Shown: positions 25,500-34,305 of the stretch, in pieces
How positions within the stretch are numbered: the first letter of the stretch is position 1
Layout of the letters: the number at the start of each line of letters is the position of its first letter
From: a virus
Reading direction: 5' to 3' (one strand)
UHGV virus genome: UHGV-0199318
DNA length: 37,852 bases
The notes under the pieces: generated by a model
Seen by the model: the letters and a program-made list of their open reading frames with translations, nothing else
The model's database searches: none
Told to the model about the DNA's origin: nothing
Made by a program: the position numbers and the translations under genes

Positions 25500-26010
25500 A
25501 GAAATCCTTTTTAAAGCAAAGAGAAAAGATTGGGAAGAGCTCCCAAAAGATCAGTGGTGGGTGGAAGGTGATTTGTTGCACATGAGGTATGGTGATATAG
25601 TTCTGATAAACAATTTCGAAGACCAATTATTTAGATGTGACGGTAATATGGTCTGCCAGTTCACAGGATTACATGACAATACAAAATGGAGAGATCTTAC
25701 CGAAGCAGAAAAAGAATCATTTCTTTCCGATTGGAATTATAGAAAAGACAGAAAAAATAAGATTGAAGATTGGAGTGGTCGGAAGATTTGGGAGAATGAT
25801 ATTGTTGAATGTAATAAAAGAAAAGAAGAATGTGGATTATATAAAGTCATTTGGAGAAAAGAGTATGCTGATTTTGGGGTTGTGCCTATAAGCAATACAT
25901 GCATAGGACAATATCCAATAGGGTTTAGCTACGGAAAGACATTACATGGGAGAGATTATAAATCGGTCGGAAACATTTTTGATAATCCAGAGTTGTTGGA
26001 GGTGGAATAA
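25492..26010 (+). CDS. YopX-family protein
   Basis: ILFKAKRKD...W.EG.L.........HG....VGNIFDNPELLE is the YopX C-terminal signature (GNI.ENPELL). 172 aa. Confidence 0.75.
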   Translation: MNREILFKAKRKDWEELPKDQWWVEGDLLHMRYGDIVLINNFEDQLFRCDGNMVCQFTGLHDNTKWRDLTEAEKESFLSDWNYRKDRKNKIEDWSGRKIWENDIVECNKRKEECGLYKVIWRKEYADFGVVPISNTCIGQYPIGFSYGKTLHGRDYKSVGNIFDNPELLEVE

Positions 26011-26123
26011 TGAAAAAAGAGTGCATAAAATGCAAATATTATAAAAACTACTATAAATCAACAGAATGTTATTGTGAAAAAGGTTATTGCGTTATGGATA
26101 AGAAATATAGGAGACGGAGTAAA
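26010..26123 (+). CDS. Small Cys-rich protein (37 aa)
   Basis: MKKECIKCKYYKNYYKSTECYCEKGYCVMDKKYRRRSK. Coupled on both sides by 1-nt overlaps. Confidence 0.3.
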
Positions 26124-26494
26124 TGAACGTACTAGAGAAGATTTTAGAAGAGATTGAAGAACGTGTGAACATGGTTAAAAACATTCCAGTCAATGAAGAT
26201 GATGATTTTCTGGATGGTGAGGAATGTTATGAAGCCGGAAGAATACAAGGTCGATATGAAGAGCTAGTATGGTGCAGAAATATAATTCGTTCCCACATGG
26301 ACGAAGTTCTGGATAATAATGACGGTTGGATCCCGGTGGGAGAGAGGCTGCCGGAGGATGGAAAAGAAGTTTTATGCACAGATGGGAAATACATCTATTT
26401 AGTAGAGTATGATGCGGACTTAGACGCAGCGTTCGGAGAAGCGGATGGAATTATAGCATGGCAGCCACTTCCAAAACCATACAAGGAGGAATAA
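26123..26494 (+). CDS. DUF551-domain phage protein
   Basis: C-terminus WIPVGERLPEDGKEVLCTDG...GIIAWQPLPKPYKE matches the DUF551 signature (W....RLPE...V......W.PLP.P). Confidence 0.65.
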   Translation: MNVLEKILEEIEERVNMVKNIPVNEDDDFLDGEECYEAGRIQGRYEELVWCRNIIRSHMDEVLDNNDGWIPVGERLPEDGKEVLCTDGKYIYLVEYDADLDAAFGEADGIIAWQPLPKPYKEE

Positions 26495-26495
26495 C

Positions 26496-26687
26496 ATGGA
26501 CATTTTAATCACAATCGCATTCCTGGCCATTTACTACATATTGGTGCTGGGAACCGTGATTACTTTAAAGACAGGATTGGAAGAGGATGTAAAACTAGAA
26601 GGTGCGGATTACCTGATGGCTGCGGGATTCCCGATACTGTTATTTGTGGTGTTTTTGGATTGGATTGTGCGAAAGATAGTGAGGTAG
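26496..26687 (+). CDS. Small membrane protein (63 aa, two TM helices)
   Basis: ILITIAFLAIYYILVLGTVI and AAGFPILLFVVFLDWIV hydrophobic segments. Confidence 0.45.
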   Translation: MDILITIAFLAIYYILVLGTVITLKTGLEEDVKLEGADYLMAAGFPILLFVVFLDWIVRKIVR

Positions 26688-26691
26688 GAAG

Positions 26692-27285
26692 ATGAAAAAG
26701 TTTAAATGGAAAGAATTTAAAAATAAATACAATAAGATTGCGGTGCACTGTAAGACTGAGGAAGAAGCGAAAGACTTCTGCAAGCAGATGCACAAACATA
26801 GGATGAAGTGGTGTAACGGAAAAAGTTATTTGAAAAATACAAAATATGATGCGCACAACGAAAGAACATGTTATTACGGTTATGGAGAATATTCATCTTT
26901 AGATTTTGCAGAAAAGTACAATTATAAAATCCTGGAATGGAGTGATTACATGCAGAAAGAATTTACCAAGGCAGATCTGAAAGATGGGATGGTAGTGAAA
27001 CATCGAAATGGTGACAAGAGAATGGTGATAAGCGAAGCATTAATCGGAGAAAATGGATATGCGGATCAAAACTGCTTTCGAGAAGATTTGACACACAGAT
27101 ATTTTAAAGATCTCGATATTGTTGGTGTCTACGCAATCCAAGAATATAACAACTTTGCAGATATGCTTTCGGACTATAACTTAGAACTCATTTGGGAACG
27201 CACCGAATCGAAGAAAATGACTGTGGAAGAAATGAAACAGAAGTTGGAAGAGCTGACAGGAGAACAGATCGAGGTGACGGCATGA
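26692..27285 (+). CDS. Hypothetical protein (197 aa)
   Basis: ORF with Lys-rich N-terminus, no recognised domain. Confidence 0.5.
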   Translation: MKKFKWKEFKNKYNKIAVHCKTEEEAKDFCKQMHKHRMKWCNGKSYLKNTKYDAHNERTCYYGYGEYSSLDFAEKYNYKILEWSDYMQKEFTKADLKDGMVVKHRNGDKRMVISEALIGENGYADQNCFREDLTHRYFKDLDIVGVYAIQEYNNFADMLSDYNLELIWERTESKKMTVEEMKQKLEELTGEQIEVTA

Positions 27286-27536
27286 CCAGAGAGAGCATGA
27301 AACGTAGAAAGGAGATAGCAGGAGTTATCCGAAAGATTGAAGCGTACACTATGGCAACGAGGAAGCCCTGTGAGACAGCTTTAAAGCAACAGGAGCATAA
27401 AGCCTTTGCCTGTGATTTTAAAGGCGGCGAGAGGGCGAATAAGGACGCTGTGGAGTACATAGCAGAGAAATACAACATAAAAGAGCCAATTCCTGGAGGT
27501 GATAGAGTTGGACAAGAAAACACTGAAAAAGTATAA
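27282..27536 (+). CDS. Hypothetical protein (84 aa)
   Basis: ATGA-coupled to the previous gene. The longer ORF-track version (from 27192) lacks an RBS. Confidence 0.4.
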   Translation: MTRESMKRRKEIAGVIRKIEAYTMATRKPCETALKQQEHKAFACDFKGGERANKDAVEYIAEKYNIKEPIPGGDRVGQENTEKV

Positions 27537-27936
27537 GCCAAACAAAGATAGACTTATCCGGATTGAGAACCAGATACAAGAACTCTGTGAACGGGAATCG
27601 ACTGTTGTCATGGGGAAGGTAACGGGATCCAGCGCAGATTTTCCGTACACCGAAGTGAGAACATCTGTACAAATGTATGATCCTTACGAGGAAGAGAATA
27701 TAAGACGTCAGATCAGAAGAAAAGAAGCGGACAGGCTGCAGATCCTAAAAGAGCAAAGAGAGATTGAGGAATACATAAATGGGATTGGTGATCCGGAGAT
27801 TAAGGAGATATTCGAATTATCGTTTATAGAGGGAAAGAAGCAGAGAGAGGTTGCAGATATAATATCCATTGATAGAAGTAGAATATCTCGAAAGGTTAGC
27901 ACTTATTTAGAAAACGCACACAAAGCACAAAAATAA
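27508..27936 (+). CDS. ArpU-family phage late transcriptional regulator (sigma-70 region-4-like HTH)
   Basis: ~142 aa. C-terminus REVADIISIDRSRISRKVSTYLE is a region-4-type HTH. Positioned immediately upstream of the packaging/late genes. TTG at 27508 follows GGAGGTGA; GTG at 27499 is an alternative start. Confidence 0.65.
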   Translation: MDKKTLKKYKPNKDRLIRIENQIQELCERESTVVMGKVTGSSADFPYTEVRTSVQMYDPYEEENIRRQIRRKEADRLQILKEQREIEEYINGIGDPEIKEIFELSFIEGKKQREVADIISIDRSRISRKVSTYLENAHKAQK

Positions 27937-27938
27937 TA

Positions 27939-27947
27939 TGCTATAAT
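27939..27947 (+). promoter_or_regulatory. Extended -10 element (TGcTATAAT) at the head of the structured non-coding region
   Basis: tgctataat directly after the ArpU stop. Followed by the dyad tagaac(N11)gttcta at 27953-27975, a possible activator site. Confidence 0.35.
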
Positions 27948-28043
27948 TATTCTAGAACGATTGTATATTGTTCTAAAACAATCTTTCCAAACATTCGGAA
28001 CACCGCCGGACTTCTCCCCTTTCTTGTCTGGCGGTGTTTCTAT

Positions 28044-28087
28044 GCCGTGGTCAGTTGGGACAAGCGGGTTCGATCCCTGCACACGGT
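28044..28087 (+). other. tRNA-like fragment (acceptor-like stem, D-loop-like AGTTGGGA and a canonical T-arm, but no anticodon arm)
   Basis: gccgtgg-tcagttggga-caa-GCGGG-TTCGATC-CCTGC-acacggt. The T-stem/loop is canonical (GGTTCGATCC) and ccgtg/cacgg could pair as an acceptor-like stem. Confidence 0.3.
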
Positions 28088-28159
28088 TTTGTGATGTGAG
28101 TATACAGGCTGCACAGCTGAGGTCTGTTCTGGGAGTGCACACCGGCTTTACATCACAAA
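28088..28159 (+). other. Long perfect hairpin (10-bp outer stem tttgtgatgt / acatcacaaa with structured interior); candidate small RNA or regulatory structure
   Basis: Outer stem 28088-28097 pairs with 28150-28159. Inner tgcac...gtgca pairing is present. Non-coding context between ArpU and TerS. Confidence 0.35.
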
Positions 28160-28283
28160 TGGTACCAAAACGCAGATATCCGCAGATCTGCAAAAACAAA
28201 CAAAAAATAGATTCAGCGATCTATATTTAGTGTCAGTACCCGATTGCGGATAGGGTAAAGGATGTCAATAAAGGGCATCCTAT

Positions 28284-28356
28284 GGGTGTATAGCTCAGTA
28301 GGTAGAGCAATCGGCTGTTAACCGATGTGTCGTAGGTTCGAGTCCTGCTATACCCG
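28284..28356 (+). tRNA. tRNA-Asn (anticodon GUU)
   Basis: 73-nt cloverleaf: acceptor GGGTGTA/TATACCC, D-arm GCTC-AGTAGGTA-GAGC, anticodon arm ATCGG-CTGTTAA-CCGAT (U33, GUU, A37), variable GTGTC, T-arm GTAGG-TTCGAGT-CCTGC, discriminator G. Confidence 0.9.
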
Positions 28357-28501
28357 TTGTGGACTACTGCAAGGTTTCTCCTTTACTTATATATTTTTGA
28401 TTGTGTTTTTTGTAGTCGTATTCAAGCGTATTAGCAGTAGTCCTAAATTCTTAGCATCCAGAGATGGATACTTTTATTATGTTTTAAAGGTGGTGGGTCG
28501 G

Positions 28502-28957
28502 ATGGCAAAAGGTAAATATCAGGAATGGCTAGAGCCGGAAGGCTTGCTAAAGATAGAGGGATGGGCGAGAGACGGTCTGACGGATGAACAGATTGCAGAT
28601 AATATCGGGATTTCCAGAAGCACATTAAATAGCTGGAAAGACAAGTATTCGGACATTTCGGACACCCTAAAAAGAGGGAAAGAGGTCGTTGATCGTCAAG
28701 TCGAGAATACTCTGTTAAAACGTGCGCTCGGATATGAGTACACGGAAACAACCAGAGAATACATACCGGAACTTGATGAGATGAAAACTACGAAAAAGGT
28801 CACAAAGCAAGTAGTACCAGACACAACAGCCCAGATCTTTTGGCTGAAGAACCGGAAACCAGACAAGTGGAGAGATAAGCAGGAATACGAGGACAGAACA
28901 GCAATTGAAAAGCTTGATGAAATCTTGAAAGGATTGCATGACAATGCAGCTAAGTAA
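28502..28957 (+). CDS. terS: Terminase small subunit (HTH-containing)
   Basis: 151 aa from ATG 28502 with AAGGTGGTGGG RBS. HTH LTDEQIADNIGISRSTLNSW. Immediately upstream of and overlapping TerL. The ORF-track 5' extension overlaps the tRNA and is rejected. Confidence 0.75.
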   Translation: MAKGKYQEWLEPEGLLKIEGWARDGLTDEQIADNIGISRSTLNSWKDKYSDISDTLKRGKEVVDRQVENTLLKRALGYEYTETTREYIPELDEMKTTKKVTKQVVPDTTAQIFWLKNRKPDKWRDKQEYEDRTAIEKLDEILKGLHDNAAK

Positions 28958-30185
28958 AAAACAGAATGAATACATCATAAACGCAACTCATAGATGGAAT
29001 ATCAAGTCCGGAGCGGTTCGTTCTGGAAAGTCTTTTGTAGACACTGCTTATATCGTGCCTAAAAGAATCCGAGAGAGAGCTGGACTTCCCGGCTTAAATG
29101 TAATCATGGGTGTCTCCAAAGAATCCATAGAGCGAAACGTACTCCAACCGATGAGAGAGATCTATACCAGTGATCTAATCGGGAACATTAACAACCGGAA
29201 TGTGGCAAGAGTATGCGGAGAGGATGTTTATTGTCTCGGTGCAGAAAAGGTCAGTCAGGTCGCGAAGATACAGGGAGCGTCCATTAAGTACTGTTACGGC
29301 GATGAGATAGCAAAATGGAACAAAGAGGTGTTCCAGATGCTTAAATCCCGTCTCGATAAGACGTATTCCTGTTTTGATGGAGCTTGCAACCCGGAGAATC
29401 CGACACATTGGCTAAAAGAATTTCTCGACAATAAAAAATTAGATATCTATTTGCAGAGATACACGATTTTCGACAATCCGTTTCTGGCTCCAGATTTCGT
29501 GGAGAAGCTCTGCATCGAATATGACGGTACCGTTTATTATGACCGGTTGATTCTTGGTCTATGGAAACGAGCAGAGGGAGCGATTTACCGCAAATTTGCA
29601 GATCATCCGAAAGATTTTGTCAAAGAGCCGACTGCATCCGATCTGACAGAGATTGTCATTGGCGTGGACTTTGGTGGTAATAAGTCTGGTCATTCTTTCG
29701 TGGCAAGAGGGTATGACCGAGACAATAATGTATACGGATTGAAGAGTATCCGATACATGAATACGGACACGAAAAGGTTTAAAGAGGGAATTGATTCAAA
29801 CATTCTGAATGATCTTCTTATTCAATTTGTTGATGAGGTGCAAGAAAAGTATGGAAAGGTTGATTTTATTTACTGGGATAACGCGGAGACTACGCTCGGC
29901 CATAGTATACGGAATGCCATGATGAAAGCGCATCCGAATGTAATTGTGAGACCGGCTAAGAAAATTAGGATAAAAGACCGGATTGAGTGCGTCTTAAAGC
30001 TCATGGGAGCTGGGCGCTTTTTTATTACAGAGGATTGCGAAACATTATCGATAGCATTACAAGAAGCGGTGTGGGATGAAAAAGCATTAAAAGACGATCG
30101 TCTGGATGACGGAAGTAGTGATATTGATACACTGGATGCATTTGAGTACACGATAGAACGCGACATTAAAATGCTGACAGAGTGA
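28938..30185 (+). CDS. terL: Terminase large subunit (PBSX-type)
   Basis: N-terminal Walker A GAVRSGKS in the context KSGAVRSGKSF. 415 aa. ATPase and nuclease halves are both present. Sits in the TerS-TerL-portal order. Confidence 0.9.
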   Translation: MTMQLSKKQNEYIINATHRWNIKSGAVRSGKSFVDTAYIVPKRIRERAGLPGLNVIMGVSKESIERNVLQPMREIYTSDLIGNINNRNVARVCGEDVYCLGAEKVSQVAKIQGASIKYCYGDEIAKWNKEVFQMLKSRLDKTYSCFDGACNPENPTHWLKEFLDNKKLDIYLQRYTIFDNPFLAPDFVEKLCIEYDGTVYYDRLILGLWKRAEGAIYRKFADHPKDFVKEPTASDLTEIVIGVDFGGNKSGHSFVARGYDRDNNVYGLKSIRYMNTDTKRFKEGIDSNILNDLLIQFVDEVQEKYGKVDFIYWDNAETTLGHSIRNAMMKAHPNVIVRPAKKIRIKDRIECVLKLMGAGRFFITEDCETLSIALQEAVWDEKALKDDRLDDGSSDIDTLDAFEYTIERDIKMLTE

Positions 30186-30193
30186 GGTGCAAG

Positions 30194-31528
30194 ATGTTTA
30201 AGTTTATTAACAAGGTTATTACAGGAGTGTTTAACATGATAAGCAGAACCACGATGAAGCAGGTGTTGAGAGAATCTCCTGCAATTACAAGCACAATGGT
30301 GCAGAAAATAAATGAATGGAACAGCATGCTCTCTGGGAATGCAGACTGGTGCAAGGATTATGTGAAGTCCCTGAGGATTGAACAGGGGATATGTAGAGAG
30401 TTTGCAGATGTTGTGCTGTCGGAAATGGAAATAAAAATATCGAACGATAAGCTCTTAAAACTGTTTGAGAAAACCACAGAGAGCCTGAATGAGAATCTAC
30501 AGGACGGTCTTGGACTTGGTTCGTTCTGCCTAAAACCCCTTGGAAATGAACAGGCAGAGTTCGTGACAGCAGATAAGTTCATCCCGGTGAGCTTTGGAAA
30601 TGATGAGAAGCCGAACGATATAGTCTTTCTGGACTTCCGAGACATAGACGATGCAAAGTATTATGTTCGCCTGGAGCGGCACAGTATCAAAAACGGATTC
30701 CTCGAGATCACAAACGAAGCCTATTGCTCATCCACAAGATATGGATTTGACCGGAAAATCTCTCTGGAAAGCTTAGAAGCATGGGCTGGACTGCCGGAGC
30801 ATGTAGCGTATCCGGGAGTAAGGGAGATGGATTTTGGGTACTACAGAAATCCGATAAAAAACAGGGTTGACGACACGCCATGCGGTGTGTCTATTTTTGA
30901 TTCCGCGATCAACCTTATTGAGAGAGCTGATGTGCAGGGAGCAAGGATAGACTGGGAATTTGAATCCGGAGAGAGGGCAATCCACGTGGACGCTGCAGCC
31001 ATTAAGAGAGAGCCAGATGGACGGAATGGAGTATCTAAGCTAAGCAAGCGCTTATATGTTGGAATCGACAGCGAGGAAGGGTTTTACAAAGAGTTCTCGC
31101 CGGAATTCCGGGAAGAGAATCTAATAAACGGTCTAGATAACTACCTCAGACAGATCGAGCTTGTAGTCGGACTTGCATTCGGAGATTTAAGCAATCCGCA
31201 GAGCATCGACAAGACAGCCACAGAAGTAAAAGTATCCAAAAACCGGAAGTACAACCGAGTAAAGGCGATTCAAGATAATTTAAGGGACTGCTTAGAGGAT
31301 TTTGTAAGAGGTATGGCGTTCCACGAGGGGATGCTTCATTCCGGATATGAGTTTATCTGCAGTTTTAAAGATTCGATCCTGACAGACGAGGAAACGGACA
31401 GACAACTGATGCTAAATGAGATAGCAGCCGGAATCAGATCACACTGGGAGTACAGGGTTCGATTCCTCGGGGAGGATGAAGAAACTGCAAAAGCGAATGT
31501 GCCGGATCAAGGTGGAGTAATGGAGTGA
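30194..31528 (+). CDS. Portal protein (SPP1 gp6-like)
   Basis: 444 aa from ATG 30194 with GAGGTG RBS. Directly follows TerL and precedes a MuF-like gene. Size and position are typical. Confidence 0.85.
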   Translation: MFKFINKVITGVFNMISRTTMKQVLRESPAITSTMVQKINEWNSMLSGNADWCKDYVKSLRIEQGICREFADVVLSEMEIKISNDKLLKLFEKTTESLNENLQDGLGLGSFCLKPLGNEQAEFVTADKFIPVSFGNDEKPNDIVFLDFRDIDDAKYYVRLERHSIKNGFLEITNEAYCSSTRYGFDRKISLESLEAWAGLPEHVAYPGVREMDFGYYRNPIKNRVDDTPCGVSIFDSAINLIERADVQGARIDWEFESGERAIHVDAAAIKREPDGRNGVSKLSKRLYVGIDSEEGFYKEFSPEFREENLINGLDNYLRQIELVVGLAFGDLSNPQSIDKTATEVKVSKNRKYNRVKAIQDNLRDCLEDFVRGMAFHEGMLHSGYEFICSFKDSILTDEETDRQLMLNEIAAGIRSHWEYRVRFLGEDEETAKANVPDQGGVME

Positions 31529-31534
31529 TAGGTA

Positions 31535-32692
31535 ATGGATAAGCCAGATGTCGTAAAAACGTCTCTCAGAATGGAATCTATCTGGATGGATGCTGAGAAC
31601 CGGATCATACAGGATATCGTTCGCAGGATACGCAAGACCGGAAAGATCACATCCACTGCAGATTACCAGATTAACAGACTGGTAGAGATGGGGAAGAGCA
31701 CCGAAGAGGTGGAAAAAATCCTAAAAGATGCTCTGAAAGCTACGTACCCGGAGATGTTTAAACTTTATGACGATATAGCAGAGTGGCAGTACGTGCGAGA
31801 TAAAAGCATATATGAGCAGGTTAATAGAGAATTTATACCAGCAGAGGAAAATGAACAGCTCAAGCAGGTGTCACAGGCTGTCAGAAAGCAGACACAGGAC
31901 GAGTTGCATAACCTTGCAAGGTCTTATGGATTCTCGGTCTTAATGGGTAATCGTCGCGTATTTATGCCGTTTTCGGAGTATTACCAGCGATATGTCGATA
32001 TGGCAATCACAGACGTGATAAGCGGTGCCTTTGATTACAACACGGTCATCCGTAGAGTTGTCACACAGATGACGAACAGTGGGTTAAGAACCGTGGACTA
32101 CGCTACAGGATACAGCAACAGAGTACATGTGGCAGTGCGAAGAAGCGTATTGACTGGAGTATCGCAGATCACAGGAGAAATGAACAGGATCAATGCTGAC
32201 AAGCTTGGCACGAATTATTACGAGGTAGACTGGCATCCAGGAGCCAGACCGGAACACCGCAAGTGGCAAGGAAAAGTGTACAGCAAAGAAGAACTGGTGT
32301 CTGTATGCGGTCTTGGAACTGCTACTGGTCTACAAGGAGCTAACTGCTACCATGACTATTACCCATTTGTAAAAGGCGTGTCTGAGCGGCAGTGGTCGGA
32401 CGAATGGCTAAGAAAGCAGAATGCCATAGAAAGCAAGATAAAGCGGTGGCAAGGAAAAGAGCTGGATGTCTATGGAATCACACAGCAACAGCGAAGAATG
32501 GAAACCGCAATGAGAGCGCAGCGGTCTAAAATCGTGGCACTAAAGACTGCCAGAGCGGATGCGGATCAGATCTTAAACATGCGAGTGAAATACAGAGCAC
32601 AGCTGTACGAGTACACCAAATTCTGCCGGCAAATGGGCGTAGAGCAACAAAGAGAACGGATATACATGGATATGTTAGGGAGAGTCGCATAG
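31535..32692 (+). CDS. Head morphogenesis protein (Mu F / SPP1 gp7 family minor capsid protein)
   Basis: 385 aa following the portal. Mu F-like conserved core (...DWHPGARPEHRKWQGKVY...). Confidence 0.8.
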   Translation: MDKPDVVKTSLRMESIWMDAENRIIQDIVRRIRKTGKITSTADYQINRLVEMGKSTEEVEKILKDALKATYPEMFKLYDDIAEWQYVRDKSIYEQVNREFIPAEENEQLKQVSQAVRKQTQDELHNLARSYGFSVLMGNRRVFMPFSEYYQRYVDMAITDVISGAFDYNTVIRRVVTQMTNSGLRTVDYATGYSNRVHVAVRRSVLTGVSQITGEMNRINADKLGTNYYEVDWHPGARPEHRKWQGKVYSKEELVSVCGLGTATGLQGANCYHDYYPFVKGVSERQWSDEWLRKQNAIESKIKRWQGKELDVYGITQQQRRMETAMRAQRSKIVALKTARADADQILNMRVKYRAQLYEYTKFCRQMGVEQQRERIYMDMLGRVA

Positions 32693-32794
32693 GCGGCTCT
32701 TTTATTTTGTCCTGCCAAATGACGAGAAACTGGGTACTTACTTGAGACATGTGGTGCGACCACGAGAAAAAGCGAAGCGAAAGGAAGATGAAGC

Positions 32795-33343
32795 ATGAAA
32801 AGAGAGTTTTTAGAAGAAATGGGATTGGAAAAAGAACAGATTGACAAGATTCTGGATGCCAATTCCGCAGATGTCGGAAAAGCAAGAAGAGATTACGACA
32901 ACATCAAATCTGAGCTTGATACGACAAAACAGCAGCTTGCAGACGCAAACACGGCTATCGAGGGGTTCGGAGATTACGAAGAAATTAAAGGACAGGTGGC
33001 TGATTACAAGCAGAAGTATGAAGCATCAGAGGCAGAGAAAGTGCAGATCAAACAGGATTATGAGTTTAATGGAAAACTTGAATCCGCAGCGAAAAAGCAT
33101 GGTGCGAGAGCGTTAAAAGCAGTGCTCCCGTTTCTGAAAACAGATGATCTAAAAGCGTCTAAAAATCAAGATACAGACATCGAGAACGCTTTTAAAGAGC
33201 TGAAAGAGAACGAAGAAAGCAAGTTTCTATTTGCAGACGATGAACCAATTAAGAATCCGGTTCTTGGCGGCGGAGCAGAGAAACCGGGTGCTTTTGATGC
33301 GGTAGCAGCTGCTATGGGACTCACAGAAAAAGATTTTAAATGA
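32795..33343 (+). CDS. Scaffolding protein
   Basis: 182 aa, highly charged and helical (coiled-coil prone), immediately upstream of the capsid gene. Confidence 0.65.
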   Translation: MKREFLEEMGLEKEQIDKILDANSADVGKARRDYDNIKSELDTTKQQLADANTAIEGFGDYEEIKGQVADYKQKYEASEAEKVQIKQDYEFNGKLESAAKKHGARALKAVLPFLKTDDLKASKNQDTDIENAFKELKENEESKFLFADDEPIKNPVLGGGAEKPGAFDAVAAAMGLTEKDFK

Positions 33344-33357
33344 TAAGGAGATAAGAT

Positions 33358-34215
33358 ATGGCAAATTCAATTACGCTTAGAAAACAGTATTCCACAATGC
33401 TCGACCTCGTGTACAAGAAAAGCTCACTCACATCCGTTTTGGATGGTCCGAGTGATCTGATCCGCGAGGGAGCAAACGCGAATGAGATTTTAATTCCAAA
33501 AATGTCCATGCAGGGACTTGCAAATTATGACAAGTCTGCTGGATATGTAAATGGTGATGTAACTCTCGATTACGAGACTGTTAAATGTACCTATGACAGA
33601 GGACGTAAATTTAACGTTGATGCTATGGATAACATCGAGAGTGCTGGTGTTGCATTCGGACGTCTGGCTGGAGAATTTATCCGTACACAGGTAGTTCCAG
33701 AGCTGGACGCATGGAGATTTTCACAGTACGCACAGATTTCCGGTATTACATCTGCAAACGGCGCACTTGCAGATGGCAAAGCCACTCTCGCAGCATTAAG
33801 AGCAGCGAGAAACGCGATCGAAGATGCAGAGGGAGATGTATCTACATGCTATCTGTTTATTAACCCGGCTCTTGTAGGCATGGTTGAAGATCTGGATACG
33901 ACAGCATCTAAGAGAGCACTGGATGGATGGGCTGGCATTATTAGAGTTCCATCCGCAAGATTCTACACAAAAATCGATCTGACCGCAAACGGTGCCGGTG
34001 GTTTTGCGAAGAACACACAGGGTAAAGCGATTAACTTTATGGCGATTGACAGAAACGCTGCTATCCAGTACCAGAAACACACTGTTCCGAAGATTATTTC
34101 TCCGGATCAGAACCAGTCTGCTGATGCTTATATGTACGCATACAGAACGGTTGGAATGTGCGATGCATACGAAAACAAGCTGAAAGGAATCTACTGCCAC
34201 CACGTGGGGGAATAA
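33358..34215 (+). CDS. Major capsid protein
   Basis: 285 aa following the scaffold with a GGAGATAAGAT RBS. Position and size are consistent with a major capsid protein. Family not verified. Confidence 0.65.
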   Translation: MANSITLRKQYSTMLDLVYKKSSLTSVLDGPSDLIREGANANEILIPKMSMQGLANYDKSAGYVNGDVTLDYETVKCTYDRGRKFNVDAMDNIESAGVAFGRLAGEFIRTQVVPELDAWRFSQYAQISGITSANGALADGKATLAALRAARNAIEDAEGDVSTCYLFINPALVGMVEDLDTTASKRALDGWAGIIRVPSARFYTKIDLTANGAGGFAKNTQGKAINFMAIDRNAAIQYQKHTVPKIISPDQNQSADAYMYAYRTVGMCDAYENKLKGIYCHHVGE

Positions 34216-34305
34216 TTCCCTCTGACGATGTAGCCTTAGTTGGCAGAGGGAAAGTAGGCAAGGCAAAAGTAGGTAAAGCAAAATAGTATAATGGAGGTAT
34301 TCAAA

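Noticed and set aside
28325-28501. N-terminal extension of the TerS ORF in the ORF track (start at 28325)
   Set aside because: The ATG lies inside tRNA-Asn (28284-28356) and the extension is hydrophobic junk. The internal ATG at 28502 has a proper RBS and gives a normal-sized TerS.
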